Source: Myxococcales bacterium
GTDB lineage: Bacteria > Myxococcota_A > Polyangia > Polyangiales > DASUME01
DNA length: 64,000 nucleotides
Reading direction: 5' to 3'
NCBI GenBank assembly: GCA_047601445.1
Contig: JASGJH010000001.1
Coordinates: forward strand, 1,408,001 to 1,472,000
The notes beneath the pieces were generated by a model. The model saw nothing but the letters and a program-made list of their open reading frames with translations, made no database searches and was not told where the DNA came from. Position 1 is the first letter of the stretch; each line of letters starts with the position of its first letter. This document shows positions 38,111 to 46,552 of the stretch, one piece after another. Position numbers and translations under genes: made by a program.

Positions 38111-39769
38111 TCAGAGCCAGTGTCGGGTCACGGCGACGTCGTAGTTGGCGTCGCTGGCGAAGCCGGCCGTGATGGCGCGCACCGCGGGCACGCGCTCGTC
38201 GGCCTGGAGCACGATGGCGTGGCCCTCATCGCGCTTGCCCGCGGCGGCCACCGTCTCGATGACCAGGCCCGCGTTGCCGAAGCGCGTATCGAGCACGCCC
38301 TGGGCCGTGTAGCGCGCGAGCGCGAAGTTGCCGTTGCTGCCGTTACCCTCGTAGACCCAGCCGCCCAACAAGATCTCGCCGCTGTCCTGCACCACCAGGC
38401 CCATCGCCTCGTCCCAGTTGCTCTCGCTGACCTTGGTGATCACGGGAGCGCCGCCACCAAAGCTCGTGTCGAGCGCGCCGCTCTCGGAGAAGCGCACCAG
38501 CGCGAAGTCGTGGCTGATGTGTCCCGCAACCACGATTTGACCTTCCTTGGTGAGACCGATCCCGCGCGCTGCGCCGATGGTGGACCCGAAGATGGCCTTC
38601 AACTTGCCCTGTTCACCGAAGGACGTGTCGAGCGCGCCGCTCGGCAGATACCGCGCGAGCATGAAGTCTCCTTCGCCACCCGCGGCCAGGATGCGCTGCT
38701 CTCCCCCAATCTGCTCGAGCTGCAGCGCGTAGGCGCTGTCACGCCCGGAGTTGGAGGCAATGGCGGTGGTGAGCTTGCCATCGCCGTCGAAGCTGGCGTC
38801 GAGCGAGCCGTCGGACAGATAGCGGGCCAGCGCGAAGTCGGTGCCGGTCGTGCTGGCGCCCTGGTTGGATTCACCGGCCACCACCAGCCGCCCCTGGGCG
38901 TCGATGGCGAGCGCGTAGGCCGTGTCGGAGTCGTCGGCGAAGGAGGTCACCTGCTTGCCGCCATTGCCGAAGCTCGTGTCGAGACTGCCATCGGCCGCAT
39001 AGCGAACGACCGCGAAGTCGAGGCCCGTGGCGTCACTGTCGGTGGTGCCGACCACGACGATCTTGCCATCGGCCTGGATGGCGACCGCGTGGGCCGTATC
39101 CTGACCGCTGCCGATCTGAGTCTTCACGATGCCCCCCGCGCCAAAGCCGGAGTCCAGCGCACCGTCGCGCATGAGGCGCACCACCATGAAGTCGCCGAGG
39201 TTCTCGTAGCTCTGCCCCACCACCACGATCTTGCCGTCGGGCTGCACGGCCACACCATTGACGTACTCGTCGGAGCTGCCTGCCTTCACCACCACCTTGC
39301 CGCCGAGGAAGCTCTGGTCGAGCGAGCCGGGAGGGCCGTAGACCGTCACGGTGACCGACTTCTCCGCCATCGCGGTGGGGGCGGTGCCGCGCAGCACCAC
39401 CGTGGTGGGCAGCGAGTGCGGGCTGCCCGCGGCGGCGCTCAGCGTAAGCGTGATCTTGTCCTGCCCCGCGGGGATGGAGTTGGTCTCCATCTCGCAACCT
39501 TCGGGTAGATTGGTCGCCTGGATGAGCACGGCTCCGCTGAAGCCGTTCTTGCGGATCACGCTGACCTCGACGGTCTCGCTCGTGCCCTGGAGCACGGGCA
39601 GCTTGTCGCGCGACACCACGAGCTCGAAGCTCTCTTCCTCCTGATCCATGGGCATGGCTGCGTCGGGAGTCTCGCCCGCGTCCACTTCGCCCTCTGCGTC
39701 GGACTCCGTACAAGCCGTCAGCGCACTCAACGACGTCGCCATCACCAAACCGAATGCCAACCGTTTCAT
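38111..39769 (-). CDS. Lipoprotein with Ig-like domain and ~7 delta-60 (DUF5122) beta-propeller repeats
   Basis: Lipobox LTAC; repeats A.A.Q.DGKIVVVG...DF.LARY...G.LD.SFG..G. Confidence 0.85.
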   Translation of the reverse strand: MKRLAFGLVMATSLSALTACTESDAEGEVDAGETPDAAMPMDQEEESFELVVSRDKLPVLQGTSETVEVSVIRKNGFSGAVLIQATNLPEGCEMETNSIPAGQDKITLTLSAAAGSPHSLPTTVVLRGTAPTAMAEKSVTVTVYGPPGSLDQSFLGGKVVVKAGSSDEYVNGVAVQPDGKIVVVGQSYENLGDFMVVRLMRDGALDSGFGAGGIVKTQIGSGQDTAHAVAIQADGKIVVVGTTDSDATGLDFAVVRYAADGSLDTSFGNGGKQVTSFADDSDTAYALAIDAQGRLVVAGESNQGASTTGTDFALARYLSDGSLDASFDGDGKLTTAIASNSGRDSAYALQLEQIGGEQRILAAGGEGDFMLARYLPSGALDTSFGEQGKLKAIFGSTIGAARGIGLTKEGQIVVAGHISHDFALVRFSESGALDTSFGGGAPVITKVSESNWDEAMGLVVQDSGEILLGGWVYEGNGSNGNFALARYTAQGVLDTRFGNAGLVIETVAAAGKRDEGHAIVLQADERVPAVRAITAGFASDANYDVAVTRHWL

Positions 39770-39875
39770 GTTGAACCGTCTCCTCCGAAAAAAGGCACGA
39801 ACATCCCGTGCGGTGCGCGACGCGCACCAGCCGTGTGAGCCCTGCGGCTCCTGTCATCTCGAAGCGCGAGCTAGC

Positions 39876-40865
39876 TCAGCTCGGCTTGGCGTAGCCGCGC
39901 GGCCTACGCGTGGGCCCGAGCTCGCGGTGCGTAGGCGGCAGCGCACGCAAGAAGCGATAGATGCTGCGCACGTCTTCCTCGGTCATTCGCCCGAAGGACT
40001 CCCAGGGCATGTGCGAACCCTTGTACACACGGCCGGCCTTGAAGCGCGCCACGAAGCCGTCTTCATCCCAGTTGTAGATGTGGCCGGTGTCCTTGTCGGG
40101 CGTGAGGTTCGGCGGCGCGAATTCCATGCTCGGATCGGTCTCGTCGAGCATCGGCTCGAGCGCACCGGCCAAGTACGGTGCCTCGGGCAGCAGCCCGCTT
40201 TGCGGGCTCGATGCCGAGTGACAACCCGCACAGTTGGCGGGGCCCAACGCGAGGTAGCGACCGCGCTCCACGCTGACGCCACCGGCGGGAACGTAGGGCG
40301 GCGCAGCCCTGCGGTCGGGCTCCATCCCCTTGATCACGAACTTGCCGATCAGCGTGGGCTGGTCGTCCACTGTGGCGCCGCGCGCACCAGGCAGCGTGCG
40401 TAGATAGGAGATCACCGCGACCAGATCTTCGTCGGCCATCGGGGCGATGGTGGCCATGAAGGGACGCATGTGACCGTCACGGGATACGCCGGTGCGCAGC
40501 ACACGGGCGAGTTCCTCATCGGTCCAGGCACCGACTCCCGTAGCGTGCTCGGGCGTGATGTTCGGAGAGATGAACTTGCCGAATACCGGCACGTCGAACA
40601 CGCGTCCGCCCACCATCTGCGGCGCGGCATCGCTCGCCTGACCTTCAGACCCCTTGGGGCTGTGACAGTCGCCACAATGGGCGAGCGCGCGTACCACATA
40701 CTCGCCCTGCTTGATGACCGCCGGGTCCGTGCTGGCCTTCAGCTGCGGCGTGGGGTGGGCGTCGTGGTCCCGGTCCCAGCTGCACTGGATCCAGACGAGG
40801 AATGCGGCGGCGATGGTGGCCACCAACGAGATCAGACCGAGCAAAAGTTTTCCGAGCTTCTTCAT
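39876..40865 (-). CDS. Membrane-anchored di-heme cytochrome c
   Basis: N-terminal TM; CGDCH and CAGCH; two PN(I/L)TP...TG...W motifs; MPW axial Met. Confidence 0.9.
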   Translation of the reverse strand: MKKLGKLLLGLISLVATIAAAFLVWIQCSWDRDHDAHPTPQLKASTDPAVIKQGEYVVRALAHCGDCHSPKGSEGQASDAAPQMVGGRVFDVPVFGKFISPNITPEHATGVGAWTDEELARVLRTGVSRDGHMRPFMATIAPMADEDLVAVISYLRTLPGARGATVDDQPTLIGKFVIKGMEPDRRAAPPYVPAGGVSVERGRYLALGPANCAGCHSASSPQSGLLPEAPYLAGALEPMLDETDPSMEFAPPNLTPDKDTGHIYNWDEDGFVARFKAGRVYKGSHMPWESFGRMTEEDVRSIYRFLRALPPTHRELGPTRRPRGYAKPS

Positions 40866-40945
40866 GGGGGGTTCCTGCGGGGGATTCCCTGCCATCTACG
40901 GACCCCACAAACGGAGCTCCCCGCCCCGCTGGGCCGGGCGTGTCG

Positions 40946-41021
40946 CTTAGGAAACTCTTAGAGGAGCGGCACCTGGCCGCGCGCCAAGCCCCGAAAAAGC
41001 GCCCACTTAGGAAGATTTAAG
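40946..41021 (-). promoter_or_regulatory. Two copies of the AT-rich 16-bp motif upstream of the cytochrome c gene
   Basis: Minus strand CTAAGAGTTTCCTAAG (40946-40961) and CTTAAATCTTCCTAAG (41006-41021), 60 bp apart. Confidence 0.55.
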
Positions 41022-41047
41022 AAGATGGGAAGCGGAGCCGCCGAACA

Positions 41048-41701
41048 CTAACCGACGCGCCAGCGCAGCTCGCGCACCACCGTGAGGATGGCCACGCCGT
41101 GGACACTCGGGGCCGGGCGCGGCTCGAGCCACCGGTGTTGCAGCTCACGGGCTCCCGTCGTGCGCAGAGCGCGGCTGACGAAGGCGCCGGAGCTCTCGCA
41201 ATAGATGGTCTGGAGCAGCGCCGGCACGCCTGTAATGGCGTTCTCCCAGTGTCCGGGCGCAATCTCACGCACTTCGGAGCGCGTGAAGCTGAACAGCTGC
41301 GAGCCGATGCCAGGCAAGCGCTTCACCAGCATCTCGGGTGAGATGGCGCTCAGTAGGAGCTTGTAAACGCCCCGTTGATTGCGCGCAGCCTGGGTGTCGA
41401 AAACCTGGTTCAAGTAGCTCTCGTAGCGCTGTCCCTCCAGGCGCGCGGCGGTCGCCAGCAGCGGATCGAGGCAGGCCGAGTCGTACCAGGCGGATGCCAG
41501 GAAGGATTGCTCGAAGTAGCGCCGCAGGGCTGGATCGGGCAGGGCCGCGAGCACCGACGCGAGGCCGCCGCGGGCGTGCTCGGAGAGGTACTCGACGCAG
41601 CCCCGGCAGATGGACCCTTTGACGCGGAACGGGCTCTCGCCAACGGCGAAAGGCAACGACTTCGAACTCACTCGACCATTGTGCACCAGAGCGCCGAGCA
41701 T
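41048..41701 (-). CDS. Myxobacterial DUF2378/TIGR02265-like hypothetical protein (start uncertain)
   Basis: PFRVKG, FLASAWYD, GVYKLLL...SPE, ends LRW; resembles myxobacterial paralogous families. Confidence 0.55.
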   Translation of the reverse strand: MLGALVHNGRVSSKSLPFAVGESPFRVKGSICRGCVEYLSEHARGGLASVLAALPDPALRRYFEQSFLASAWYDSACLDPLLATAARLEGQRYESYLNQVFDTQAARNQRGVYKLLLSAISPEMLVKRLPGIGSQLFSFTRSEVREIAPGHWENAITGVPALLQTIYCESSGAFVSRALRTTGARELQHRWLEPRPAPSVHGVAILTVVRELRWRVG

Positions 41702-41768
41702 TCGCCAACACGGGACGAAGTAAGCAGCGACCACCGAAGGGAATTCGGCCGGTGGTATAGTCATTCTA

Positions 41769-43358
41769 GTGGCGCCCGAAGACCGCGAAAGGGAGCACGG
41801 CCTCGAGCACTTGCGAGAGCGAGCAGCCGACCTGCGCGGACTGCTCGACGCCCTTCCGTTAGCCACGGCCGTGAAGGACGCCGAGGGTCTCATCCTGTAC
41901 ATCAACGCAGCGGCAGCCGCTGGTTACGGGCTCTCACCTGCGGAGATGATCGGCCGCGCGGATCACGAGTTGCTGCCCCCCGGCAACGATCCGCTCGACG
42001 TGCTCGCCAAGGACCGCGAAGTGCTCGAGAGCGGGCGCGCGCTGACGGTCCCGGGACAGCGCTTCCGCACCTTCGAAGGCCGGCACATGGTCTTGCACAT
42101 GATCCGCGAGCCCGTGCGCTTCGGGGGTGTGCCCGCAGTGATGGTCACCGCGATGGATGTCACGTCCGCCAGCTCCGCTAACGCAGAGCGCCGACAGATC
42201 GAGCGTCGCCTCGCGGAGTCACAGCGCCTCGAGGGGCTCGGCCTGATGGCGGGGGCCATCGCGCACGACTTCAACAATCTCCTGGTGGGTGTACTCGCTA
42301 GCGCCGACATGGCCCTGGTGGACACGTCGCTCAACGAGCGCACGCGTGGCTTTCTGCAGCGCATCGCCTCGGCGGCCAACCGCCTGGCAGGCCTGGCGCG
42401 CCAGATGCTCACCTATTCCGGTCGCGGTCCGGCCAACCTCCAGCCCATCGACGTGGCGAGCCTGGCGCGCGAGATGATGGAGCTGGTGGCGTCGTCGATC
42501 CCCCCCACGGTTCGCGTGCTGGTCGACTTGCCCGAGGACCTGCCCGCGGTTGCCGGAGACCACGCCCAGCTCGGCCAAGTGCTGGTGAACCTGGTGGTGA
42601 ACGCCGCCGAGGCCATCGGCGCCGATGTGCCGGGCGTGATCCGCGTGTCGGCGCGCCGCGAGTACCTGGACAGCAATCTCACGGCCAGCCTGAGCGTGCG
42701 CTCCTTGCGCGGGGCGGCCGACTTCCTGTGCCTCGAGGTGAGCGACGACGGCCCCGGCATGGACGAAGCGACCCGCGAGCGCATCTTCGATCCGTTCTTC
42801 AGTACCAAGGGCAAGCGCGGTCGCGGGCTCGGCCTGGCTTCGGTGATCGGCATCGTGCGTGCACACCAGGGGGCGCTGCAGGTCGACTCGGTGCTGCACG
42901 AGGGCACGCGCATGCGCGTGTGGCTCCCGCTCGCCCAGGAACGGGCCCGCATCAAGTCGCTGCGCCCCGCGCGCGTGCACGCGAGTCGGGCGGCCAGTGG
43001 GCACCGCGTGCTGGTGGTGGATGATGAGTCGGTGGTGCGCGAAATCGCCGTGGCGGTGCTCGAGGCGCGCGGCTTCACGGTGCTGAGCGCGGCCGATGGC
43101 ACGGCGGCCATCGAGGTGGCGCAGAGCGCCGGTTCCGTGGACCTGGTGCTGCTCGACATGACGATGCCCGGCCCGAGTGTGGATGAAGTGCACCGCGCAT
43201 TGCGCAGCGCCCTACCCGGCGTGCGCGTCCTGTTGACCAGCGGCTACAGCGAACCCGTGGTGCTCGGGAAGTTGCTCGAGGAACCAGGCACGAGCTTCCT
43301 GCAGAAGCCCTTTTCGGCCAGCACATTGGTCGAGCAGGTACACGCGCTGCTCAAGTGA
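41769..43358 (+). CDS. PAS-HisKA-HATPase-REC hybrid histidine kinase (CckA-like)
   Basis: PAS (VKDAEG.ILYINAA..EMIGR), AGAIAHDFNNLL, NLVVNA, DDGPGM..IFDPFFSTK..GRGLGL, REC VVDDE..LLDMTMP..KPF. Confidence 0.93.
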   Translation: MAPEDREREHGLEHLRERAADLRGLLDALPLATAVKDAEGLILYINAAAAAGYGLSPAEMIGRADHELLPPGNDPLDVLAKDREVLESGRALTVPGQRFRTFEGRHMVLHMIREPVRFGGVPAVMVTAMDVTSASSANAERRQIERRLAESQRLEGLGLMAGAIAHDFNNLLVGVLASADMALVDTSLNERTRGFLQRIASAANRLAGLARQMLTYSGRGPANLQPIDVASLAREMMELVASSIPPTVRVLVDLPEDLPAVAGDHAQLGQVLVNLVVNAAEAIGADVPGVIRVSARREYLDSNLTASLSVRSLRGAADFLCLEVSDDGPGMDEATRERIFDPFFSTKGKRGRGLGLASVIGIVRAHQGALQVDSVLHEGTRMRVWLPLAQERARIKSLRPARVHASRAASGHRVLVVDDESVVREIAVAVLEARGFTVLSAADGTAAIEVAQSAGSVDLVLLDMTMPGPSVDEVHRALRSALPGVRVLLTSGYSEPVVLGKLLEEPGTSFLQKPFSASTLVEQVHALLK

Positions 43359-43368
43359 CCGTGCGTGC

Positions 43369-43917
43369 TCACGGCGTGGGAGCGGGCTGTGCGGGCGCCA
43401 GGTTCGGGTCGGCGCCAGGTGCGGCCGGGGCAACCGGTGCGACCACCGCAGGTGCTGCCGCCGGCGCGAGGCCTGGACCCGCGGCAGACTCCTTTTGAAT
43501 TTGCTCCGCGAGCCACTTCACCCAGTTGTTGTAGAGACGATGGATGTTCGTTCCGTCGTACTTGAGGCCAGGTGTCGAGTTCACGTAGGAAATGGAGTAG
43601 GTGGAGGGCGTGTAGTCCACGCGGATGGTGGCGCTGTGACCTCGCGACGTGGCCTGGGCACCGATCACGCCGGGGCTCTCGCTGAGCACCGTCCAGTGCT
43701 TGGCCAGCAGGGCGCGCATGATGATGGCGCGGGCATCCGCTTCGCTGAGCGGCTGGCCACTCACGGACACCAGCTGCGCGTTGTTGACGCTGAGCACGGG
43801 CGCGAGGGTCGCGTGACAGGCGCTGCTGAGCACGGCCAGCACGACGGCGAGGGCCAACGCGAGCGACGGCGGGAGCGACGAGCGCGGAGATTTCTGCTTG
43901 TTACGAAGGAGCTGCAT
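43369..43917 (-). CDS. Hypothetical lipoprotein (start uncertain)
   Basis: Hydrophobic stretch + SSAC lipobox; YSISYVNS..LKYDG..IHRLYNNWV conserved-looking core. Confidence 0.7.
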   Translation of the reverse strand: MQLLRNKQKSPRSSLPPSLALALAVVLAVLSSACHATLAPVLSVNNAQLVSVSGQPLSEADARAIIMRALLAKHWTVLSESPGVIGAQATSRGHSATIRVDYTPSTYSISYVNSTPGLKYDGTNIHRLYNNWVKWLAEQIQKESAAGPGLAPAAAPAVVAPVAPAAPGADPNLAPAQPAPTP

Positions 43918-44869
43918 GGCGTCGAGCATAGCGCTGCGATAGCCAGGCACACGCCATCAATTGCAGCTGATGGAAGAGCATCAACGGGACCACCAGCAGG
44001 CCCACGCTGGCTTGGCTGAACAGCACGCTGGCCATCGGGAGACCGCTCGCCAGGCTCTTCTTGGAGCCGCAGAAAACCGCCGCAATCTCGTCCTCTTTGC
44101 GGAAGCGCAGCGCGCGGCTGATGGCGGTGGTGAGGATCAGCACGAGGGCCAGCAAGACCGCATCGAGCGCCAACAACCGACCCAGTTGGGCCAACGAGAT
44201 TCGTTGCCACACGCCCGCTACGACCCCTTCGCTGAACGCCGAGTAGACGACCAACAGAATCGAGCCGCGGTCGACGTAGCCCAGGGCCTGCTTGTGGCGT
44301 GTCACCCAGGCGGAGAGCCATGGACGCGAGAGCTGGCCCAGGAAGAACGGCAGCAAGAGCTGCATGGCGAGCTTCGGGATGGCTTCCCCCGACATGGTCG
44401 TGCCTGCACGCCGCAGCATCAACGCCAGCAACATCGGGGTCACCACGACCCCGAGCAGGTTCGAGAGGGAGGCCGCCGTGAGCGCCGCGGCCACGTTCCC
44501 GCGTGCGATGGAGGTGAACGCAATGGAGGACTGCACCGTGGACGGCAGGGCGCACAGCACCAGGAAGCCCACATAGAGTTCTTCGCTCAAGAGTCCTGGC
44601 AAGAGCGCCCGCAAGATCAGGCCGAGCACCGGGAACAGCACGAACGTGAAGGCCAGCACGGTCCCTTGCAGACGCAGATGACGCGCGCCTTCCCAGGCCT
44701 CACGCGGCGACAGTCGCGTGCCGTAGAGAAAGAACAGCAGCGCGATGACGCCGTCGGTGACGTAGTCGAGGGCGGTCCCGACCCTTCCGCGGGCTGGCAC
44801 GAGCGAAGCCAACAGGACGCAGCCGAACAGCGCGAGCAGATAGGGGTCGATGCGGAGCTTGGCGCTCAA
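43901..44869 (-). CDS. Bile acid:sodium symporter family (SBF-like, YfeH-type) transporter
   Basis: LLFFLYGTRLS, LPSTVQSSIAFTSIARGNV, FCGSKKSLASGLPMA, PLMLFHQLQL; TTG start inferred. Confidence 0.88.
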   Translation of the reverse strand: MSAKLRIDPYLLALFGCVLLASLVPARGRVGTALDYVTDGVIALLFFLYGTRLSPREAWEGARHLRLQGTVLAFTFVLFPVLGLILRALLPGLLSEELYVGFLVLCALPSTVQSSIAFTSIARGNVAAALTAASLSNLLGVVVTPMLLALMLRRAGTTMSGEAIPKLAMQLLLPFFLGQLSRPWLSAWVTRHKQALGYVDRGSILLVVYSAFSEGVVAGVWQRISLAQLGRLLALDAVLLALVLILTTAISRALRFRKEDEIAAVFCGSKKSLASGLPMASVLFSQASVGLLVVPLMLFHQLQLMACAWLSQRYARRHAAPS

Positions 44870-45007
44870 CGTCCGTTCCCTCTTGGCGCTCGACCTGAAT
44901 GGTGATCCGCGAACTGCACCCCACGAGCGTAGCCAGCGGGAGCCGCTTCGGCACTTGACCGCCCGGGTTCCTTCGCACATCTTCCGCCAGTCACCAGCTT
45001 GGTGACC

Positions 45008-45180
45008 GTACGTAGGGTGCCCTTTGGGGCTTAATAGGGAAGTCCGGTGCAACACCGGCGCGGTCCCGCCACTGTAAGCAGGAAGCTTTTCGTCAAGGTC
45101 ACTCGGGTCCCCCGGGGAAGGCGGCGAAAGCGCTGGGTGCGAGCCCTGTACCTGCGAGCCAGGAGACCTACCCCGTGCGT
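45008..45180 (+). ncRNA. Cobalamin (AdoCbl class I) riboswitch
   Basis: TAATAGGGAAGTCCGGTGCAACACCGGCGCGGTCCCGCCACTGTAA ... CACT..GGGAAGG ... GAGCCAGGAGACCT (B12 box). Confidence 0.93.
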
Positions 45181-45311
45181 GGCAACTCCGCGAGGAAACG
45201 GAGCGAGGCCTTGGGCAGTCACTGGCTCAGTGCTTTTTGATCGTACGGTACCCTTGGTGGGTGGGTCGATCGCTCCTCGTACCGCGCGGACATGGTCCGA
45301 GGAGACGATGC

Positions 45312-46520
45312 ATGAGGCACCCGAAACTTCCCCAGGTTGGTTTGTTGCGCGCGTTCGCGTTCAGTGGCCTGTTGGCCACCGGCTGCGCCGGAGACGGTGA
45401 TCACGAAAAGGCCGCCGGCGATGGCCGCAGCATGGCCGAAGTGCTGATGAATCGCGCCTATATCGTGAGCCTCGAGTCGGAGGAGCTCACGGTGATCGAC
45501 CTCGACGCGCTCGAGATCGTCGGACGCGTGCCCACCGGCGGCGTGGAGAACCACATGGGGGATCTCAACGCGGACTACACCAAGCTCTACATCGACTCGT
45601 CCCACAGCGACGAGACCGTGGTCGTGGACCTGGCGCGCCTCGAGGTGATCAAGCGCATCCCCACGGGCAAGCACCCGTCGCACCTCTCGCTGCACCAGCC
45701 TTCAGGGCTGTTCACCATCATGCTCGAGGGCGACAACGCCGTCTCGTTCCTGGATACGGCGACCGATGAGATCATCAAGACACTGCCGGGCTTCATGACC
45801 CCCCATTTCGCCCGTTATTCAGCCGACGGCAAGTGGGGCTACGTGGCCAATATCGGCGCCCATCACATCTCGCGCCTCGACATGGAGACACTCGAGGTAG
45901 TCGACCAGATCCCGCTCGATGGCTTTGCCGCCAACATGCCCACCGGCGGCGAGGGCGGCTTCGCGGACGTGCAAATCGACCGCGACGGCGTGCTGCACGC
46001 AGCGCACGCGGATACGGGGCGCGTGATGATGGTAGACGCGGCCAGCGGGCAAAAACTCGCCGAGACCACGGTGGGACGGGCGCCCTGGATCGTGTACGCC
46101 GAGCATCCCTTCGACAACGTGCCCATGACGCATCTGGTGCCCAATTTCGGCGACCAGACAGTGTCGATGATCGCCAAGAGCCGCAAGGTGGTGGGCACCG
46201 TGGCCGGCGACCAGGAGTCCTACGGGGTCAACTACTCGTCGCTGAATCCGAACATCGCCTACGTGATGAACCGTATGCGCGAGGACATCGCCGTGGTGGA
46301 CATCGAGCAGGGACAGCTGCTCGAGCGCATCGCGGTGGGCGGCAACACCGAGACCGCTTCGACCACGCCCGATGGGCGCTACATCGTGGCCGCGGTGAGC
46401 GGGGCCAACCGCGTCGTGGTGATCGACGCGCGCACGCGCAAGATCAAGAAGATCTTCGAGAACGTCGGCAAGTACCCGTGGAGCGTGACGATCCCGGGTG
46501 GACAGAACTACTGCCACTAA
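45312..46520 (+). CDS. YVTN/YncE-type 7-bladed beta-propeller lipoprotein
   Basis: Lipobox ATGC; repeats (V/I)ID...(E/K)V..RIP.G..P; His/Met-rich; ends GGQNYCH; GAGGAG RBS. Confidence 0.82.
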   Translation: MRHPKLPQVGLLRAFAFSGLLATGCAGDGDHEKAAGDGRSMAEVLMNRAYIVSLESEELTVIDLDALEIVGRVPTGGVENHMGDLNADYTKLYIDSSHSDETVVVDLARLEVIKRIPTGKHPSHLSLHQPSGLFTIMLEGDNAVSFLDTATDEIIKTLPGFMTPHFARYSADGKWGYVANIGAHHISRLDMETLEVVDQIPLDGFAANMPTGGEGGFADVQIDRDGVLHAAHADTGRVMMVDAASGQKLAETTVGRAPWIVYAEHPFDNVPMTHLVPNFGDQTVSMIAKSRKVVGTVAGDQESYGVNYSSLNPNIAYVMNRMREDIAVVDIEQGQLLERIAVGGNTETASTTPDGRYIVAAVSGANRVVVIDARTRKIKKIFENVGKYPWSVTIPGGQNYCH

Positions 46521-46552
46521 ACGCGCGCGTCATGGGGCTCGCGAGTCGAAAG

